IMG/VR virus record: IMGVR_UViG_3300028580_000125
Span: 1 to 64,000 of that record
Length of the DNA: 64,000 bases
Strand: one strand, 5' to 3'
From: a virus
Lineage: Duplodnaviria > Caudoviricetes
Made by a program: the position numbers and the translations under genes. Below are positions 34,540 to 44,244 of the stretch, piece by piece; within the stretch, counting starts at the first letter, position 1, and every line of letters starts with the position of its first letter. Under the pieces are notes generated by a model, which saw only the letters and a program-made list of their open reading frames with translations, was not told the DNA's origin and made no database searches.

Positions 34540-36432
34540 ATGAGCCAAACCACAGAAGATCAGCCGACCAATGCAGAATTGGTTGCCGCTGTTACCGGCG
34601 CTGTAAGCGCTGTGCAGGATGCTCAGACGACGGTGGTGAATGCCACCAAAAATCTTACGACGCACCTTTCTGACCCCAACGCGCACGGCGCAGAAACGAA
34701 AGCAAACATTGAGGCCGCTGTACCCAAACCCATATGGGCAGGAACGCGCCTTTCCTTTGCGAGCGACAATGGCAGCATTGCAACGACATCTGTCAACCTC
34801 AAGGGCGAAAAGGGGGACAAAGGCGATAAGGGTGACGCAGGCACAGCGGGCACGACTGGCCCGCGCCCTGCCCATAAATGGGTTGGCACGTCCCTGTTCG
34901 TCCAGTCGCCCGATGGGACATACCCTGAAACCGGCACTGATCTTAAGGGTGAGAAAGGAGATCAGGGCGAGAAAGGTGACAAGGGCGACAAAGGCGACAC
35001 TGGCATCCAAGGGCCAGCTGGCGGCCCCAAAGGTGACAAGGGCGATAAGGGTGATACCGGCCCGATGCCAGAACATCTGTGGGACGGAACGTCCGTCATG
35101 TTCCAGAAAGCGGATGGTTCGTGGCCTACCCAATATGTCAACCTCAAGGGCGAAAAGGGGGACAAGGGCGATACCGGCGCTGCTGGTATTGACGGTGCCG
35201 TGACCAACCTTTCGGACGCCATCAACTCCAGCGACAGCACCAAGGCGGCAAGCTCCAAGGCAGTCAAGGACGCGACGGACACGCATAACTCGGCTTCTGA
35301 CGCACACGGGATCAACAATCCCGAAAGCGGCTTCCGCGCTTCAATCGTAGCCATTGCTGCGGCTCAGGCCCAAAAGGCTGCGGCTGACGCAGTGGCCAGC
35401 CTCGAAATTGTTTCTGCAAGCCCGATCTTTGGTATCTGCCGCGTTCGCACTGGTGGCGGTAGCGGCCTGTTCTTCCAGACTGACGACAAGGGCAACCCGC
35501 AAAACCTTGTTACGGATTATTTTGACCGGCACCCGGTTTACAGCGCCATCAAGCGCGTCATCGTTGACGGCCAGGTAATGAACGAAATTCCTCAGTTCTT
35601 CGTGAAGAACTACACCCCTACGGAAGGAACGTTTGCCAACTGCCCTATCACCATGATCTCTCCCGTTGCCGCTGACGGGTTCCACATCCACCCTGCGTTC
35701 ATGAACAACAGCGCCCAGATCAGCAAGTTTATGCTCGGCTGCTACAAGGGCAGTTTGGACAGTACACTCACGAAGGTTCAGAGCGTCCCCGGCGTATATC
35801 CTGCCGTGTCCAAGGACTTCTCCACATTCAAGGCCCTTTGCACAAACAGAAACGTCAGCGGCGTTGCAGGCTTCATGATGCAGGATGTGTATCAGCGCGC
35901 TGCCCTGCAACTGCTCATGCTTGCAGAATTTGCCAATTCCAACATGCAGTCTGTTCTTGGCGCCGGGCACACAGCCGGTTCTGCTGCCGTGACGGTGGAC
36001 AACGCCGCAAACCATAAGCCCTGGCGAAACTTCCACGGCGTGTACGGGAACGTCTGGGAAATGGTCGATGGCGTTCGCGCAGACGGAAGTAAAAAGCTTG
36101 AAATCTATCGCAATGACGGAACGCGGGCATATCTCGCAACGAATCTCACCATACCTGTGTTTGGCTCCGGCATGACCGGGTGGACGGTGGATATGCTGAG
36201 CGATGTGGCTGACGGCTACGACATGCGCGACGCCTTCATTCCCAAAACACTGGACGCGACAGAAACGAACGGCACCTACAGCGATGGCATGTGGGGCGCA
36301 GTGGCAAACGGCGTTTGCTATACCGGCGGCTGCTGGGGCGATGGTTCAGCCGCAGGCCTGTTCTCCTGCAACTTCAACTACGTTGCTTCCTACTCGGACG
36401 CGTACATCGGGTGCCGCCTCGCAAAAGTGTAG
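34540..36432 (+). CDS. Collagen-repeat tail fibre / receptor-binding protein; primary DGR target (Mtd-like)
   Basis: Three W.GT.(L/V)...NLKGEKGDKGD collagen modules; C-terminal head with GNVWEMVDG and GGxW...IGCRL; ends in VR1. Confidence 0.92.
   Translation: MSQTTEDQPTNAELVAAVTGAVSAVQDAQTTVVNATKNLTTHLSDPNAHGAETKANIEAAVPKPIWAGTRLSFASDNGSIATTSVNLKGEKGDKGDKGDAGTAGTTGPRPAHKWVGTSLFVQSPDGTYPETGTDLKGEKGDQGEKGDKGDKGDTGIQGPAGGPKGDKGDKGDTGPMPEHLWDGTSVMFQKADGSWPTQYVNLKGEKGDKGDTGAAGIDGAVTNLSDAINSSDSTKAASSKAVKDATDTHNSASDAHGINNPESGFRASIVAIAAAQAQKAAADAVASLEIVSASPIFGICRVRTGGGSGLFFQTDDKGNPQNLVTDYFDRHPVYSAIKRVIVDGQVMNEIPQFFVKNYTPTEGTFANCPITMISPVAADGFHIHPAFMNNSAQISKFMLGCYKGSLDSTLTKVQSVPGVYPAVSKDFSTFKALCTNRNVSGVAGFMMQDVYQRAALQLLMLAEFANSNMQSVLGAGHTAGSAAVTVDNAANHKPWRNFHGVYGNVWEMVDGVRADGSKKLEIYRNDGTRAYLATNLTIPVFGSGMTGWTVDMLSDVADGYDMRDAFIPKTLDATETNGTYSDGMWGAVANGVCYTGGCWGDGSAAGLFSCNFNYVASYSDAYIGCRLAKV
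36323..36425 (+). repeat. DGR variable repeat VR1
   Basis: 103-nt ungapped match to TR 37944-38046 with 10 mismatches, all at TR adenines. Confidence 0.96.
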
Positions 36433-36460
36433 CCTGAACCCTGAAACACGTTTCCTGCTC

Positions 36461-36480
36461 TGGCCGCCGATAGGCGGCCA
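36461..36480 (+). promoter_or_regulatory. DGR target hairpin downstream of VR1
   Basis: TGGCCGCC-GATA-GGCGGCCA: 8-bp GC-rich stem with GRNA loop, 28 nt after the stop. Confidence 0.85.
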
Positions 36481-36503
36481 TGGCCAGGGAAAAGGATTGC
36501 CAT

Positions 36504-36773
36504 ATGAAGATCATTTTTACCCACAACGAAAAGACCATCGAAATTGAATACCTGGGAACGGGCAATGGCGAAGCGAAGCTTTACGGCGTTCCCACCGATT
36601 ACAGCGAAGACGGGTACTACGTTTCCGCTTGGCAAAAAACTGAAATCGAACCCGTCCCGGCCTGCGCCGTGAGTGACGCTCACCTGCTTTGCCACGTCAA
36701 CATCGAGAAGGATCGGGAAAGCTTTGTGCTGAAAACTGTCAAGACCACCGAGGGGGCCGACTGCCATGCCTAA
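36504..36773 (+). CDS. Hypothetical tail-associated protein
   Basis: AAGGA RBS; overlaps the next gene. Confidence 0.55.
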   Translation: MKIIFTHNEKTIEIEYLGTGNGEAKLYGVPTDYSEDGYYVSAWQKTEIEPVPACAVSDAHLLCHVNIEKDRESFVLKTVKTTEGADCHA

Positions 36774-37167
36774 GACAGAAACAGGGATCAACCATGTGAC
36801 CATGCTTGGCGGGATTGAGAGCGCCAAGGCTGTGAAGCTCAACGAAATAAACAACAAGTGCGAGCTCGCCCTGCGCAGCCTCACGGACAATTACCCCGAC
36901 ACGGAACGCCTGACCTTTGATCAGCAGAAGGCAGAAGCGGCAGCCTACCAGGCCAACAACACTGCATCCTGCCCGATGCTCACCACTCTTGCCCAGGCAC
37001 GCGGGATAACGATTGAAGATTTGGCCGCCAGGGTTTTGGAAAAGGCGGCAGCGTTTTCAAAGGCATCTGGTGCGCTCATTGGCACACGCCAGAAGTTTGA
37101 AGATACGCTTGACGGCTGCACAAGCATCCAGGCCGTTGAATCAATCTTTGTGGATTACGCACTGTAG
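36766..37167 (+). CDS. Tail fibre assembly/chaperone-like protein
   Basis: YPDTERLTFDQQKAEA...PMLTTLAQARGIT...L...VLEKA...G.RQ..ED pattern. Confidence 0.7.
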   Translation: MPKTETGINHVTMLGGIESAKAVKLNEINNKCELALRSLTDNYPDTERLTFDQQKAEAAAYQANNTASCPMLTTLAQARGITIEDLAARVLEKAAAFSKASGALIGTRQKFEDTLDGCTSIQAVESIFVDYAL

Positions 37168-37176
37168 GGCTTGGCC

Positions 37177-37494
37177 ATGAACCGCTTTCAAGTCTTGCTC
37201 CACAACGGACGGCAGATGTTGATCTCCATAGATCAGGGTGCCAACGCCGCATTCGGCCTCATGATTGCCACGCTCTGCATGATCCCTTTCATTCCAAAGG
37301 CCGGGCTGTGGTGGGCAGATGAAACAATCAGCGCCCATTGCTGGCGGTGGCATATTAACGGCGTGCGCAGTTGGCCACGCAAGGTTGTAGATGCTTTGGC
37401 GCTCCTGTTTGGCGACAAGGACCACTGCCAACAGAGCTATGAGAGTGAACGCCTCGGGCGGCAACTGCCGCCTGAAGAACGAACATCAAAATAA
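37177..37494 (+). CDS. Conserved hypothetical phage protein
   Basis: LISIDQ..NA...DETISAHCWR...VD.L...DHC..SYESE pattern. Confidence 0.65.
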   Translation: MNRFQVLLHNGRQMLISIDQGANAAFGLMIATLCMIPFIPKAGLWWADETISAHCWRWHINGVRSWPRKVVDALALLFGDKDHCQQSYESERLGRQLPPEERTSK

Positions 37495-37504
37495 AGAAGG
37501 ACAC

Positions 37505-37918
37505 ATGAGCGGTGAAAGCCTGGCAATGCTGGAAAAGATGGAAGACGTCAGCGCATATTCCAGAATCGCCATGCGACAGTTCCCACGCTACGAGAAGTTT
37601 CTTTTGGCCGCCGAGATCAGGACGGCAATCTCTGAAATAAAGCGCCTGCTCATACGGGCTGCGAAACGTTATTACAAAAAAACCACCCTGGAAGACTTGG
37701 ACATTGAGCTTGAACTGCTCCGCTCTCTCATACGAGAGGCAGTAAAGCTCAAATACATAGACGTGCACCGCTATGAGGTCTGGTCTTTGAAAATAAGCGA
37801 AGTCGGCAAAATGACCGGGGCATGGATGAAGAAGGTGCGAAGCGCACAGGAATCCAGCGCGCGAACTGGTCAGAGAGGTGGTCGCACAACTTTCCCATTG
37901 AACCCGAACGACGGGTAA
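37505..37918 (+). CDS. avd: DGR accessory variability determinant
   Basis: QFPRYEKFLLAAEIR...KKTTLEDLDIELELLRSLIR...EVGKMTGAWMK four-helix pattern; directly upstream of TR and RT. Confidence 0.92.
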   Translation: MSGESLAMLEKMEDVSAYSRIAMRQFPRYEKFLLAAEIRTAISEIKRLLIRAAKRYYKKTTLEDLDIELELLRSLIREAVKLKYIDVHRYEVWSLKISEVGKMTGAWMKKVRSAQESSARTGQRGGRTTFPLNPNDG

Positions 37919-37942
37919 GTGGGATAAGGGCAGCGACCTACA

Positions 37943-38046
37943 TCCGGCGGCAACTGGGACAATGGTTCAGCCGCAGGCCTGTTCTACTGCAACTTCAACA
38001 ACGTTGCTTCCAACTCGAACACGAACATCGGGTGCCGCCTCGCAAA
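37943..38046 (+). ncRNA. DGR template repeat (TR)
   Basis: Non-coding, between avd and RT; eight AAY codons in the target frame (GGNWDNGSAAGLFYCNFNNVASNSNTNIGCRLA). Confidence 0.96.
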
Positions 38047-38207
38047 TATAGCCCACAAGCCAGAAGGCGAATGCCCAAGGGTATTCATCCAGTGCTTTAT
38101 TTGGGGCCGCTGTCCTTCTCGGTAAGCCGGGAAAAGAACAAAACCGTGGCAGGCGGCAAGTAGCTGCTGCAAAAGCGGCCTGCCACACCCTCAAGGGGTA
38201 TGAACGT

Positions 38208-39257
38208 ATGCCAAAGACAATCAGGGACATCTGGCCGCGCATAACCTGCTTCGACAATCTCGTTGCTGCCTGGGAGGATGCACGGCGCGGAAAGAGGTTT
38301 CTTCCGTCTGTCCTCAAATTCAGCGGCAGCGTTGAAGAGAATCTACTCGATATTCAAGGCAGACTCCTCCATAGGACTTGGCGGCCTGGCCCATGGCGCG
38401 AGTTCATATCCAACGATCCAAAACCACGCCTCATTCAAGCCCCGCAGTTTGGGGATCGCGTTGTGCACCATGCGCTCGTGCGGGTTATAGGCCCGGCATT
38501 TGAGCGCAGATTCATCAATGATAGCTACGCTTGCCGCAAGGGGCTTGGTAATTTGTCGGCCAGTGACCGGCTTACTGATTTTCTCAGGGCTTCAACGTCT
38601 GAAACGAGAAAGTCTGGGCGTAAAATTTACGCTCTCAAGGCCGATGTGCGGAAGTATTTCCCGAACATTGACCACGACATCCTCCTTGGCGTTTTGAAGC
38701 GCACAGTGGGCGACGAGGGCGCGTTATGGCTCATAGAGAAAATTGTCAAAGACAATGGATTTGAGCAGCGCGGCCTACCTATCGGCGCACTGACAAGCCA
38801 ACTTTTCGCAAACGCCTACCTGGACGTTCTGGATCACTACGTCAAGGACGAGCTCGGCGTTCGTTTCTACGTCAGGTATATGGATGATTTCATCATCTTG
38901 CATACCGACAAGCGCCACCTTCACGATCTCCAAACACTTATCGGCTCTGTTCTTTGGGAGCGGTTAAAGCTTCAGTTCAACCCTAAGACGAGCATCTTCC
39001 CTGCGTCGCACGGAATTGACTTCGCCGGGTATCGCCACTGGGTATCGTACCGCCTCCCGCGAAAGCGAAATATCAAGCGGACTCGCAGAAAATTCAAAGA
39101 GATCAGGAAGCTTTATGCCGAAGGAAGGATGGACGTGGCGCAGGTAAGGTCAAGGGTCGCCTCTTTTGTTGGATACACAAAGCACTGCAAGGCTTCGAGA
39201 ACCGTAAAGGGAGTTCTCGACGAATTAGTTTTGCAGCGCGGTGGAGGTGCAGAATGA
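38208..39257 (+). CDS. DGR reverse transcriptase (bRT-like)
   Basis: KPRLIQAP.F.DRVVHHA, KADVRKYFPNIDH, GLPIGALTSQLFAN (DGR-type SQ), YVRYMDDF, GIDFAGY; intact 349 aa. Confidence 0.96.
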   Translation: MPKTIRDIWPRITCFDNLVAAWEDARRGKRFLPSVLKFSGSVEENLLDIQGRLLHRTWRPGPWREFISNDPKPRLIQAPQFGDRVVHHALVRVIGPAFERRFINDSYACRKGLGNLSASDRLTDFLRASTSETRKSGRKIYALKADVRKYFPNIDHDILLGVLKRTVGDEGALWLIEKIVKDNGFEQRGLPIGALTSQLFANAYLDVLDHYVKDELGVRFYVRYMDDFIILHTDKRHLHDLQTLIGSVLWERLKLQFNPKTSIFPASHGIDFAGYRHWVSYRLPRKRNIKRTRRKFKEIRKLYAEGRMDVAQVRSRVASFVGYTKHCKASRTVKGVLDELVLQRGGGAE

Positions 39258-39655
39258 TTTTTTACGGGCTTCACTTTGTCGGTGACGACAAAGTTCCAGT
39301 TCAAGTGCGGATAAGCACCAGCAATCAGCAGATATGGGCGCGGTCAGCACCCAATGGCGAATGGACTGAATGGCGCAGGCTTGACGTAATACGAAATTTG
39401 GACGGCACCCTGGCAGAAGAAGTGACAGAGGCAACGCACGCAAAATCAGCTGACGCAGCGGGAAGGCTCAAGAACCAAGTGAAGATCACGTTCTCGGGTG
39501 ATGTTTCTGGAAGCGTGAGCTTCGATGGATCTGCAAGCGTTGCGTGTGCATTGTCAATTGCAGGCCTTGGCTCATTGAGCAGTCGTATCTCAAGCCTTGA
39601 AGACAGAATCAACAACCTCGGAACTGGCAGCAATACCAACTACGGATCAAGCTAA
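39254..39655 (+). CDS. Short tail-fibre-like protein
   Basis: IWARSAPNGEWTEWRRL knob-like motif and ITFSGDVSGSVSFDGSA fibre repeat. Confidence 0.6.
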   Translation: MIFYGLHFVGDDKVPVQVRISTSNQQIWARSAPNGEWTEWRRLDVIRNLDGTLAEEVTEATHAKSADAAGRLKNQVKITFSGDVSGSVSFDGSASVACALSIAGLGSLSSRISSLEDRINNLGTGSNTNYGSS

Positions 39656-41439
39656 TGGCCACTATCACAATACCAACGTTTGGCGGCGAGATACCCCGCA
39701 CGGCCCCAAGGCTGCTTGAGGACACACAGGCATCCGTTGCCGTTAACTGCCAATTGCAACGCGGAGCCCTTGAAGCCTTGCGTGGCCCGGTGGAGGTCGC
39801 AGGCTTGAGCGCCAGTTCTAAAACAATCTTCAAGCATGCCCAGGACGGTTGGCTGTCATGGCCCGGCGCAGTCGATGTGGTCAAGTCTGCCGTAACGGAC
39901 ATCTCTGGTGAAACCCCTCTTGGTCATCTTTTTATAACCGGCGACAGGGCTTACCCGACGCAATACATGAGTGGTGGCAAGATACACCGCCTCGGCATTC
40001 CAAGGCCTGGCAAGGCGCCATCTGTGGCCGTAACCAAGGGCGCGGCAGATGCTACCGTCGCCTGTTATGCCTTTGGCGCAAACTCAGAATCCGAAATACC
40101 GCCACGTTACGGGTATGAAGACACCCTTTCGACCGTTCAAGAAGACAACGTGAGCGTGGCTGTTACGGCTGAAACAGTTGAGGACACAACATCGACGGAT
40201 AGCGGCATAGCCCGTTCATCCGCTTACTGCTACACGATTGTCCAATCCCTTGCAGACGGGATTTTCCAGCAAGAATCTGCGCCGTCACCGGCGTCTGAAG
40301 TTGTTGATGTGCTTGATGGGGACGGCGTGACCATCAGCGATTTTGAAATTCCAGAGCTTGAAGGTCTGGAAATTTCCCATATCCGCATTTACCGCACGGT
40401 ATCCGGCACAACGACGAGCGAGTTTCATTTCCTAGTTGAGCTTCCACTGCCCGTCACATCCCATGTGGACACGGTAAATGACGTGGACATCTCCACTGAC
40501 GTTATGGCCACAACGACATGGGACGCGATACCCGATGACGCGCGCGGCCTTATCAAGACTGACAACGGCATCTACGCGGCATTTCGCGGGAATGAGCTTC
40601 TTATTTCTGAACCGTTCTATGGCTATGTCTTCCCAGAGAGCTACCGCCTGACAACCGAGGACCCCATTGTGGCCCTTGGGCATGTCGATGGCACGATTGT
40701 CGTGCTGACCACCGGGCGGCCCTACCTGGCAACAGGCTCAGAACCTGAAAGCCTGCAATTCACTCACCTTCCCATTGAACAAAGTTGTGTGTCAGCGGGA
40801 AGCGTCGGCAGCCTGCCTGGCGGCGTTGTGTATGCAAGCCCTGATGGCCTCATGCTGTTCACCAGCAGCGACCAGAGCCTTCTTACTGCTCAGACCTTCA
40901 CCCGCGACCAATGGCAAGCAATGCACCCTGAGAACCTTATGGGAACTGTGCATGACGGGCGGTATGTCGCTTTCTTTTCTGGGACGAATACGGGGATGCT
41001 TATCAGCGTCGGCGCAAAGGATTTGGTGCGCGTTGAACTCCCAGAAGATTGGAAGGTCCGCGCCGTTTACCACCATTCAGAGGACGATGCCGTTTACCTG
41101 GCCGTGGACACCAAAGAAGGGAGCCAAATCTACCAGCTAGAGGCTGGCGCGCCCATGACATACACATGGCGCTCAAAGCCCTTCTTCACTTCCTCGCTCC
41201 TGTGCATGTCCGTTATCCGTATTGAAGGTGATTTTTCAGCCGACGCTTCTGTTCGGGCATCCTTGTTTGGCCCAAATGAAAATAGGCCTCGTGCGCGCAT
41301 GAAGGTTTCTGACAGCAGGGCGAAACGCCTTCCAACTGGCCGTGCTGAAAAAGTATGGAGCCTAGAGCTCACTGGGACTGCAACCGCCTATGAAGTTCGG
41401 ATGGGCGGGAGTGTTGAGGGGGTTGAATATGGCAACTGA
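39655..41439 (+). CDS. Tail nozzle/stabilisation protein (podoviral)
   Basis: FGGEIPR..P.LL, ES.PSPAS, IRIYRT, QSCVS..S, V.YASPDGL, YTWRSKPF. Confidence 0.75.
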   Translation: MATITIPTFGGEIPRTAPRLLEDTQASVAVNCQLQRGALEALRGPVEVAGLSASSKTIFKHAQDGWLSWPGAVDVVKSAVTDISGETPLGHLFITGDRAYPTQYMSGGKIHRLGIPRPGKAPSVAVTKGAADATVACYAFGANSESEIPPRYGYEDTLSTVQEDNVSVAVTAETVEDTTSTDSGIARSSAYCYTIVQSLADGIFQQESAPSPASEVVDVLDGDGVTISDFEIPELEGLEISHIRIYRTVSGTTTSEFHFLVELPLPVTSHVDTVNDVDISTDVMATTTWDAIPDDARGLIKTDNGIYAAFRGNELLISEPFYGYVFPESYRLTTEDPIVALGHVDGTIVVLTTGRPYLATGSEPESLQFTHLPIEQSCVSAGSVGSLPGGVVYASPDGLMLFTSSDQSLLTAQTFTRDQWQAMHPENLMGTVHDGRYVAFFSGTNTGMLISVGAKDLVRVELPEDWKVRAVYHHSEDDAVYLAVDTKEGSQIYQLEAGAPMTYTWRSKPFFTSSLLCMSVIRIEGDFSADASVRASLFGPNENRPRARMKVSDSRAKRLPTGRAEKVWSLELTGTATAYEVRMGGSVEGVEYGN

Positions 41440-42046
41440 TCGCGGAATCCCAGCTGTGCCTCGCGGGCTTGACCGCACCCTTACAAACTATCTGCAATCG
41501 CTGCAAAGCATTGTCTTGCGCCTATCAGGCATGGTGCGCGGGTCAGACGAATCTCGAGCGGTGCGCGTTTCAGATGGCTCGGTATCAACCGGCACTGCAA
41601 CCGCGAGCATTGGTCAGGGATCGATCCTTACCCAGCATATAGCGGATAATGCCATTACATCGGCAAAGATTACGGACGGCGCAGTCACAGACACAAAGCT
41701 TTCCGCAAGTTCCGTAACGGGCAGAGCCATTGCCGCAGGCGCTGTGGAAACCATGGCCCTGGCCGGGATGTGCGTTACCGCAGAAAAGATTGCCGATGGC
41801 GTACTGCCGACGGTGGTTGATGGGGAAGCCGTTGACGGAGAGGAAGTGCTGATACCTGGTAAATGGCTTTCAAAGCCATGGATAATGCTTTCTTCCGTAA
41901 GCCAGCCCCAGGCAACGACAGGGGCATTCGGGGCAACTGGGCTCCAAGAAATTTTGGATATGGATGGAAAGGGAACAGGCGAATGGAAATTCACAGCCGC
42001 GGGCAGTTTTGCTTGGCTGGCACTGGGGAATGCGAATGAGCAATAA
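41429..42046 (+). CDS. Virion/tail protein with ITSAKI.DGAVT repeats
   Basis: Repeat pattern and position in the tail module. Confidence 0.6.
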   Translation: MATDRGIPAVPRGLDRTLTNYLQSLQSIVLRLSGMVRGSDESRAVRVSDGSVSTGTATASIGQGSILTQHIADNAITSAKITDGAVTDTKLSASSVTGRAIAAGAVETMALAGMCVTAEKIADGVLPTVVDGEAVDGEEVLIPGKWLSKPWIMLSSVSQPQATTGAFGATGLQEILDMDGKGTGEWKFTAAGSFAWLALGNANEQ

Positions 42047-42584
42047 CGACGTGTGCAAAGATTTCTTCATGCAATACCTGAACTATCTCGACAGTAACAG
42101 TGAGCTTGTAGTTCGTTGCGTTTACATGCGGATGGAAGACGAAAACCTGCTCAAATCAACACTTTACGGGATGCACAATAGGAACGTTGATGCGTTTGTA
42201 GCCCTCGTTCTCAGGAATGGCACCCTCCCTTATCTGCTTATGGATGGAGATCGCCTCATTGGCTTCGCTTGGTACGACGCCTTCGCAGCAAAATCGTGCA
42301 TCGGGCATGTTGTGTTTTTCAAAGAAGCTTGGGGCAATGCACGCCAATTCGGAAAGCAAGTTTACAGGCAGCTTCTTTCATACAGCGATGGGATGGGTCA
42401 CCTGTTTGACTGCGTGATGGGCCTGACGCCCATAAACAACCCACTCGCATGGCGCGGCGCGGTTGCTTGTGGGGCTTCAAAAATTGGCGTGATCCCAAAG
42501 GCGTTGTTCGACGCTGAAAGCGGTGAAAGCATTGACGCTGTGCTCACCGTTGCCACGCGAGAAATCATTGGCGCAGAGGCATAA
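42036..42584 (+). CDS. Putative GNAT acetyltransferase-like protein
   Basis: LIGFAW, GLTPINN..A......G...IG.IP; precedes the ejection proteins as in other podoviruses. Confidence 0.6.
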   Translation: MSNNDVCKDFFMQYLNYLDSNSELVVRCVYMRMEDENLLKSTLYGMHNRNVDAFVALVLRNGTLPYLLMDGDRLIGFAWYDAFAAKSCIGHVVFFKEAWGNARQFGKQVYRQLLSYSDGMGHLFDCVMGLTPINNPLAWRGAVACGASKIGVIPKALFDAESGESIDAVLTVATREIIGAEA

Positions 42585-42587
42585 TTC

Positions 42588-43253
42588 ATGAAGATATACA
42601 CCAGAGTAGAAATCAACATGGAAACCATGGCCGTCACGCACGAAGAGTTCATCGAGTATGACGGATGGGTTTCACAGTGCGGCGGCGGTAGCGGTGGCGG
42701 CAGTTCCACCACAAACACTGTGGACTATGCGTATAACTCACGCATGGCCGCCCTTTCAGAAGAGCAGCAAACCTGGGCGCGCGATTATTACAATATGTGG
42801 TCTACATACACCAAGCCGTATGAGATCGCGCAGGCGCAGGCAAACCTTGAAACCTTGCCCCTGGAAACGAATCTCTACAAGCAGGCTCTTACTTCTGCCA
42901 CGCAACTGCTGCCGCAGCAGACGGCAGCCGCCCAGAAGTTTTTGACGGCATCCACAACCGGCGTTGATGTCAATGAGCGCATGGCGCTGGCAACTGCGGA
43001 TGCGGCCAACGCATGGAAGGACACCAAGGCAGCCAGCAACAGGGCGCAGGCAAGGCTTGGGGTAAATCCCAATTCCGGCAGGTACCAGGGCATTGCTGCT
43101 GCACAGCAAACCACGCAGGCCGCACAGCTTGCTGGTGCGCGGACGCAAGCCAGGGTTGGCGCGGAACAGGAAAACTATGACCGGCTGAAAAGCGCTGCGT
43201 CGTACAATGCCACTGGCGGCGTGTTGCAGGGCATCAATCTGCTGAAAAGCTAA
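42588..43253 (+). CDS. Internal virion / ejection protein
   Basis: CGGGSGGGSSTT and RLGVNPNSGRY motifs; Ala/Gln-rich. Confidence 0.65.
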   Translation: MKIYTRVEINMETMAVTHEEFIEYDGWVSQCGGGSGGGSSTTNTVDYAYNSRMAALSEEQQTWARDYYNMWSTYTKPYEIAQAQANLETLPLETNLYKQALTSATQLLPQQTAAAQKFLTASTTGVDVNERMALATADAANAWKDTKAASNRAQARLGVNPNSGRYQGIAAAQQTTQAAQLAGARTQARVGAEQENYDRLKSAASYNATGGVLQGINLLKS

Positions 43254-43269
43254 TCCGTGAGGTGCAATT

Positions 43270-44235
43270 ATGCCTTTATATAGACCAGAAAATCCTTATT
43301 CGATGGGCCAAAAGGCCATGGGCCAAGCGAGCAGCACCATGGCATCGCAAACGAAGGAAGGGCCCCGCACTGAAGTCGAGGCATCCTCTCCGTCAGCCGG
43401 ACAGATGGGCATGACAGGCCTATCTTTGCTTGGTGCCGGTGAGCAGGCATGGAAGTACGGCAGCAAGGGATATGATTTTTTGCAATCAAAATGGGGTACC
43501 CCCGATGCGGCTTCACAGGCCGCAAACGCTGGGTCTGGCGCTGCTCCTGCTGGGGGTGCTGTTCAAGCTCAACAAGCCGCGGATGCTGTCGCTCCCAGCG
43601 TACAGCTTCAGACAGGGGCGCATGCAGCGGCCACGGACGCAACATCGGCAGCAACTGGGGCAACAGCACAGGAAGGCATTACGGCAGGATCACAGCAGGC
43701 AATGCAGGGCATTGCTGGTACGCCTGCTGCTGGCACTACCGCCACAGAAGGCGGGGCATCATCTGGCGCATCTGCCGCATCAAGCAGCGCGGCGTACCCC
43801 TGGGCTTCTACCGCTGGCTCTCTCGCTGGCGGTGTTGGTGGTGGACTCGCGGGGCGCGAGCTTGGTAAGGCCATCGGCGGCGACACTGGCGGGAAGATTG
43901 GCGGCATTGCTGGCAGTCTCGGCGGCAGCTATCTCGGCGGTCTAGCTGGGTCTGCGGTAAGCAGCGGCCTCGGCGCGTCTGCAGGAACAGTGGCGGGAAC
44001 AGCCGCAACCGCAGCTGCAACATCCGCAGCTACCACGGCGGCCACCACAGCAGCCGGTGCAGGGGCTGGCGTTGCCGCAGGTGCTGCTGGTGGTGCCGCA
44101 GCAGGGACAGCAGCGGGCGCTGGTGCCGGGGCGGCTGGCGGCGCTGCTGCTGGCGCAACGGCTGGTTCGGTGGTTCCAGGCGTCGGAACGCTTATTGGCG
44201 CTGGCGTCGGCGTCCTTGCGTCTTTTTTCCTCTAG
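43270..44235 (+). CDS. Gly/Ala-rich ejection protein (glycine zipper)
   Basis: GxxxG repeats; C-terminal GSVVPGVGTLIGAGVG. Confidence 0.65.
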   Translation: MPLYRPENPYSMGQKAMGQASSTMASQTKEGPRTEVEASSPSAGQMGMTGLSLLGAGEQAWKYGSKGYDFLQSKWGTPDAASQAANAGSGAAPAGGAVQAQQAADAVAPSVQLQTGAHAAATDATSAATGATAQEGITAGSQQAMQGIAGTPAAGTTATEGGASSGASAASSSAAYPWASTAGSLAGGVGGGLAGRELGKAIGGDTGGKIGGIAGSLGGSYLGGLAGSAVSSGLGASAGTVAGTAATAAATSAATTAATTAAGAGAGVAAGAAGGAAAGTAAGAGAGAAGGAAAGATAGSVVPGVGTLIGAGVGVLASFFL

Positions 44236-44244
44236 GAGATTGTC

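Noticed and set aside
34790-35200. Nucleotide repeats (AAGGGCGACAAGGGCGAT-like) as an array or second TR/VR pair
   Set aside because: They are explained by Gly-X-Y collagen coding repeats in the tail fibre, and I saw no adenine-specific mismatch pattern.
37822-38317. ORFs 37822-38163 (+), 37967-38317 (-) and 37984-38172 (-) over the TR
   Set aside because: They overlap the TR and spacer RNA, lack RBSs and are not protein-like. The VR-frame reading of the TR has no start of its own, so it is not a third target gene.
38208-39257. RT as a group II intron, retron or Abi RT
   Set aside because: It is short (349 aa), has no maturase or endonuclease domain, has the SQ motif, and is flanked by avd and a TR with adenine-specific VR pairs, so it is a DGR RT.
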